DNA of 64,000 nt. Origin: Chloroflexota bacterium (GTDB lineage Bacteria; Chloroflexota; Dehalococcoidia; GIF9; AB-539-J10). The DNA is taken from the NCBI GenBank assembly GCA_037444365.1, contig JBBIMO010000005.1, forward strand, positions 1,082-65,081. The letters run 5' to 3'. Below are positions 60,420-64,000 of this stretch, piece after piece. Made by a program: the position numbers and the translations under genes. Below the pieces are notes generated by a model. It was not told the DNA's origin. It searched no databases and was given only the letters and a program-made list of their open reading frames with translations. How positions within the stretch are numbered: the stretch's first letter is position 1; the number at the start of each line of letters is the position of its first letter.

Positions 60420-61088
60420 TCAATATTTGGAAGCGCCCATCTCTTCCATTTTGCCAGTGACGATGAAGGCCACCCGCTCACAGATGTTGGTGACTCTATC
60501 GGCAGCACGCTCTAGGTTATGGGTTACCCATATAAGACGGGTTGCCCGCGTAATTGTCTTAGGGTCTTCCGCCATGAAGGTGAGCAACTCCCGGAACACC
60601 TGGTCATAGAGGTGGTCTACCAAGTCATCCTCCATAGCTATTTTCCTTGCGGCTCCCAGATCCCTGCTTATGAGAGCATCCAAACTACGCCGTAGCATGT
60701 CTACAGTCTGTTCGGCCATACGGGGAATATCAACCAACGGTTTGAGAGGTGGCTCATCACCGATCATTGCTACAATCCGGGCAATGCCCACAGCATAATC
60801 ACCTATACGCTCTATTTCAGTCGTAATATTAAGGATGGCAATTATAGTGCGTAAGTCGCCGGCCATGGGTTGTTGAGTAGCTATTAGCTCAATGCATTTC
60901 TCTTCAATGTCAAACCTTCTATTGTTTATCTTCTGGTCATCGCCGATTATCTGGCGGGCAAGCTCCAGGTCTCGGTTCTTGAGAGCATCAATGGAGCGAA
61001 GGATAGCTTTACCTACCATGCTTCCCATGGCCAGAATATCGTCTTGAATTTCCCTCAGTTTCTTATGAAATACTGTCCTCATTTCCAT
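60420..61088 (-). CDS. phoU: Phosphate uptake regulator PhoU
   Basis: It has two PhoU repeats and lies downstream of pstB. The start is taken at MEMRTVF; the annotated N-terminal extension would overlap the pstB 3' end. Confidence 0.85.
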   Translation of the reverse strand: MEMRTVFHKKLREIQDDILAMGSMVGKAILRSIDALKNRDLELARQIIGDDQKINNRRFDIEEKCIELIATQQPMAGDLRTIIAILNITTEIERIGDYAVGIARIVAMIGDEPPLKPLVDIPRMAEQTVDMLRRSLDALISRDLGAARKIAMEDDLVDHLYDQVFRELLTFMAEDPKTITRATRLIWVTHNLERAADRVTNICERVAFIVTGKMEEMGASKY

Positions 61089-61107
61089 GTGTGTCCTCCA
61101 AGAGTGT

Positions 61108-61929
61108 TCATCCAAATCGACCGGTGACGTAGTCCTCAGTACGTCTATCCTTGGGATTAGTGAAGAGCTGAGAGGTCGCACCATATTCGACCAGTACTCC
61201 AGCTCGGTCTTGTTCCATCATCATGAAGGCAGCTGTGTCGGATACCCGTGCTGCTTGCTGCATGTTGTGGGTAACAATGATAATAGTGTACTCTTGAGCC
61301 AGATTCTTCATTAGATCCTCAATTTTGAGGGTCGCGACCGGGTCCAAGGCACTACAGGGTTCATCCATCAAGATAACCTCTGGCTCTACAGCCAGTACTC
61401 GAGCAATGCATAGTCTCTGTTGCTGCCCACCAGACAAGGCTAGCCCTGACTGTTCCAGCTTGTCCTTGACTTCATCCCACAGGGCTGCTTGGCGCAGACT
61501 TCTCTCAACTATCTCCTCCAGCTCAGCACGATTACCAATACCATGTCGCTTTGGTCCGAAAGCCACGTTCTCGAATACTGACAGGGGGAAGGGATTGGGC
61601 TTCTGGAAGACCATGCCTACTTTCTTCCTAAGTTCCACTACGTCGATTTTTGGGTCGTAAATGAGGATGCCGTCAAATTCAACGTTACCTTCCACTCTTG
61701 CGCCTGGAATCAGGTCATTCATTCGGTTGAAGAGGCGAAGATAGGATGACTTGCCACAGCCAGAGGGTCCGATTATGGCCGTGATAGCACATGCGGGTAT
61801 GTCTAGGGTCACGTTTCTGAGCGCCTGGAAGGACCCGTAATAGAGACTTACCTTTTCGGTTCTGAGTTTCGTCACGCATGTCTGTGCAGTCAGTGTTTTG
61901 CTGTTTGGCAACGTAATGTTTCTATTCAT
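61108..61929 (-). CDS. pstB: Phosphate ABC transporter ATP-binding protein
   Basis: It has Walker A (GPSGCGKSS), the ABC signature (LSGGQQQRL) and Walker B (ILMDEP). Confidence 0.9.
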   Translation of the reverse strand: MNRNITLPNSKTLTAQTCVTKLRTEKVSLYYGSFQALRNVTLDIPACAITAIIGPSGCGKSSYLRLFNRMNDLIPGARVEGNVEFDGILIYDPKIDVVELRKKVGMVFQKPNPFPLSVFENVAFGPKRHGIGNRAELEEIVERSLRQAALWDEVKDKLEQSGLALSGGQQQRLCIARVLAVEPEVILMDEPCSALDPVATLKIEDLMKNLAQEYTIIIVTHNMQQAARVSDTAAFMMMEQDRAGVLVEYGATSQLFTNPKDRRTEDYVTGRFG

Positions 61930-61933
61930 CCAT

Positions 61934-62857
61934 CTAAATCCTTTTTCGCGACCGAAATCTTATGACAGCCGCGAGAACGTCAAAAGAAAGCACAACTATT
62001 AGCAAGATCAAGGCTACCCCCCACATGGTAGTTTTGGGCATACCAGGCACTTGCGAGGATGCCGTATAGAGATGGTAAGGCAATGCCATGAACTGGTCAA
62101 AAGGAGACGCTGGAAGTCTTGGAACCAAGAAAGCAGCTCCGGTGGCCAATATCGGGGCTGTTTCGCCAGCGGCGCGGCTTATGGCTAGTACTGCCCCAGT
62201 GATTATCCCGGGAAGAGCATCGGGCAAGACTATGTGCCTGACCGTTTGCCATTTTGTTGCCCCAACAGCAAGGCTACCTTCTCTATATTCTCTCGGTACA
62301 GCTAGTATTGCCTCTCTTGAAGTAGTAATGACCATCGCCAGTGCTTGACAGGCTAGGGTAAGACTGGCGGCAAGTAGAGACAAGCCAAAATGGAAGGCCA
62401 ATACGAATACGCCGAGTCCGAAGAGCCCGAAGACAATGCTCGGTACACCAGCCAGGTTCACAATAGCCATGTTGATGAGCCCGGTCAGCCAGTTGTCTTT
62501 GGCATATTCGGTGAGGTAGATGCCAGCCATTATCCCCATTGGTAACGCAAAGAGTAACGTACCAAACATAAGGTAGAAAGTACCGATGATTACCGGCAGA
62601 ATACCGCCCGCTTTCCCCGCCTGTGATGGAGCTTGCGTTAAGAAGCTCCAGCTTATGGCACCGGCACCGTTGAAAACGGTGTAGATGACGATAAACAAAA
62701 CAGGCAGTGCCGCAAGAGCGGTAGCTAACCCCAGAAAAACAAAAGCTGTGCGTTCTGAAATCTTACGTGTCATCTTGGCCTTGACTATCGCCAAGACAAC
62801 TACTGCGATGTTGACCACAACATATACGATAAAGGCGATCAGCCAGCGATCAACCAT
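61934..62857 (-). CDS. pstA: Phosphate ABC transporter permease PstA
   Basis: It has six TM helices and the EAA-type motif ([13 protein letters not shown]). The start is at MVDRW (62857). The upstream 116 codons of the ORF track overlap pstC and are not coding. Confidence 0.85.
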   Translation of the reverse strand: MVDRWLIAFIVYVVVNIAVVVLAIVKAKMTRKISERTAFVFLGLATALAALPVLFIVIYTVFNGAGAISWSFLTQAPSQAGKAGGILPVIIGTFYLMFGTLLFALPMGIMAGIYLTEYAKDNWLTGLINMAIVNLAGVPSIVFGLFGLGVFVLAFHFGLSLLAASLTLACQALAMVITTSREAILAVPREYREGSLAVGATKWQTVRHIVLPDALPGIITGAVLAISRAAGETAPILATGAAFLVPRLPASPFDQFMALPYHLYTASSQVPGMPKTTMWGVALILLIVVLSFDVLAAVIRFRSRKRI

Positions 62858-62880
62858 GGGTTTCCTCCGTTCATTGCTGT

Positions 62881-63822
62881 CTACCTCGCAAACTTCCTCT
62901 TCTGGCGCTGAAGCACCCTGTCCGCGATCAGGTTGACCCCTAGGGTCATGACAAACAGAATCAATCCGATAGCAAACAATGCCTGGTAGTGCAATCCACC
63001 ACGCTCGGCATTGCCGATTCCAGAGGCAATTGCTGCCGTCATGGTCGTCATCGGGTCGGTTGGTGACGACGGCACAGCCAGAGCCCCTCCGGCCACCATG
63101 AGTACTGTCATGGTTTCGCCAATGGCACGGCCCACTCCTAGCATTATCGCAGCGGAGATTCCGGAAAGAGCCGCCGGGACACATACGTGCCGTATCGTCT
63201 CCCATTTAGTGGCACCTAGGGCGTAGGATGCTTCCTTAAACTCTTTGGGGACAGCGCGTAGAGCGTCTTCGGACACGCTGACGATAATGGGCAGGCTCAT
63301 TAGGGACAGCATTATCGCAGCCGTAAGGCCGCATAAACCTGTATTCAGGTGGAATATACTCCGAACCAGCGGTGAAAGGAGCATCAACCCGATAAATCCC
63401 ATCATCACCGACGGGATTCCTGCTAGTAGCTCAATGATAGGCTTCACCGTTTCCCTGACGCGTGTGGGAGCTACCTCTGCCAGGTAGGCAGCGCAGCCGA
63501 CCCCGATTGGAACGGCAGCCGCCGTGGCTATCAAGGTAATCATGAGAGTCGATATGAAGAAGGGCAATATGCCAAAAGTGGACGGCTCGGAAGTGGGATA
63601 CCACTTGGCGCCAAACAGGAATTCCCATGGTGAGGAGTAAGCAAATATCGGCAGGCCCTCCTTGATGAGAGTGGCGATGATGCCTACCAGGATAATAATG
63701 GCTAACACCCCGGCTAGGAATATCCAGCCTTCTACAAATCTCTCACCCAGTCGCAGCCGCCTCCTCAGGCTGTTTTCAGTCTTAGGGCCGGCCACCACGC
63801 TTGAAATCTTTGGCTTCAACAT
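62881..63822 (-). CDS. pstC: Phosphate ABC transporter permease PstC
   Basis: It has six TM helices and the permease signature (LGVGRAIGETMTVLMV). Confidence 0.85.
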   Translation of the reverse strand: MLKPKISSVVAGPKTENSLRRRLRLGERFVEGWIFLAGVLAIIILVGIIATLIKEGLPIFAYSSPWEFLFGAKWYPTSEPSTFGILPFFISTLMITLIATAAAVPIGVGCAAYLAEVAPTRVRETVKPIIELLAGIPSVMMGFIGLMLLSPLVRSIFHLNTGLCGLTAAIMLSLMSLPIIVSVSEDALRAVPKEFKEASYALGATKWETIRHVCVPAALSGISAAIMLGVGRAIGETMTVLMVAGGALAVPSSPTDPMTTMTAAIASGIGNAERGGLHYQALFAIGLILFVMTLGVNLIADRVLQRQKRKFAR

Positions 63823-63873
63823 TCTTCTTTCAATTTTCGCATTTTTCTGAAACGGCCATTCATCTCACAGTTA

Positions 63874-64000
63874 TCATGCCAACGGTATGAAGCCTGCCTC
63901 ACTCACTTTCTCCTGACCCGCCGATGATAGGCAGTAGTCAATGAACTCCTTAACGAGACCAGTGGGTTCGCCATTGGTGTAGTAAAAGAGTGGTCGGGCG
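63874..64000 (-). CDS. pstS: Phosphate-binding protein PstS (3' end only; gene continues beyond the window)
   Basis: The minus-strand frame encodes ...TNGEPTGLVKEFIDYCLSSAGQEKVSEAGFIPLA*, a typical PstS C-terminus, directly upstream of pstC. Confidence 0.7.
   Translation of the reverse strand, partial: ARPLFYYTNGEPTGLVKEFIDYCLSSAGQEKVSEAGFIPLA

Noticed and set aside
62858-63205. The ORF track extends pstA by 116 N-terminal codons.
   Set aside because: The extension is Gly/Arg/Cys-rich non-membrane sequence and overlaps the 3' end of pstC by 325 nt. The MVDRW start at 62857 gives a normal 6-TM PstA.

Overview
This 64 kb window is almost entirely coding and looks like a monoderm bacterial chromosome. 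The secretin-less type IV pilus locus, the Elp3 homologue, the FBP aldolase/phosphatase and the split transketolase would all fit a Chloroflexota/Dehalococcoidia-like genome, but that is inference only.

Positions 1-17.3 kb hold a type IV pilus (T4P) locus. The major pilin (1358-1747) and pilT (2383-3453) sit on the plus strand, each behind a duplicated promoter module. A long minus-strand operon follows: pilB-like ATPase, pilC, two minor pilins, an Ig/FN3 membrane-anchored surface protein, a giant PilX-N-domain protein, a PilN/O-like protein and a PilM-PilN fusion, with a NarL-type response regulator upstream. A 5'-truncated ORF at the window start is a free-standing paralogue of the tandem domain at the N-terminus of the PilB-like ATPase. 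The pilin and pilT promoter modules share inverted-repeat arms, and the first arm pair encloses a frameshifted four-helix-bundle (23S rRNA intervening-sequence-type) gene.

The rest of the window is mostly core metabolism: a wHTH-RHH-GH3 trio, a large GAF-GGDEF-HD-GYP c-di-GMP protein, two SAM methyltransferases around an Elp3 homologue, the riboflavin operon ribDE(BA)H, archease-RtcB, a nitroreductase, MeaB, an FAD-dependent dehydrogenase, the archaeal-type FBP aldolase/phosphatase, RdgB, an amino-sugar cluster (glmM, glmU-like, glmS, GT2) interrupted by a tryptophanase-family lyase, four small membrane protein genes, a radical SAM protein, a HAD hydrolase, split transketolase, a transglutaminase-like lipoprotein, rph, thiC, cinA, speH-speB, an S2P-CBS protease and phoU-pstBAC(S).

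I found no CRISPR array, rRNA, intact tRNA or obvious mobile element.
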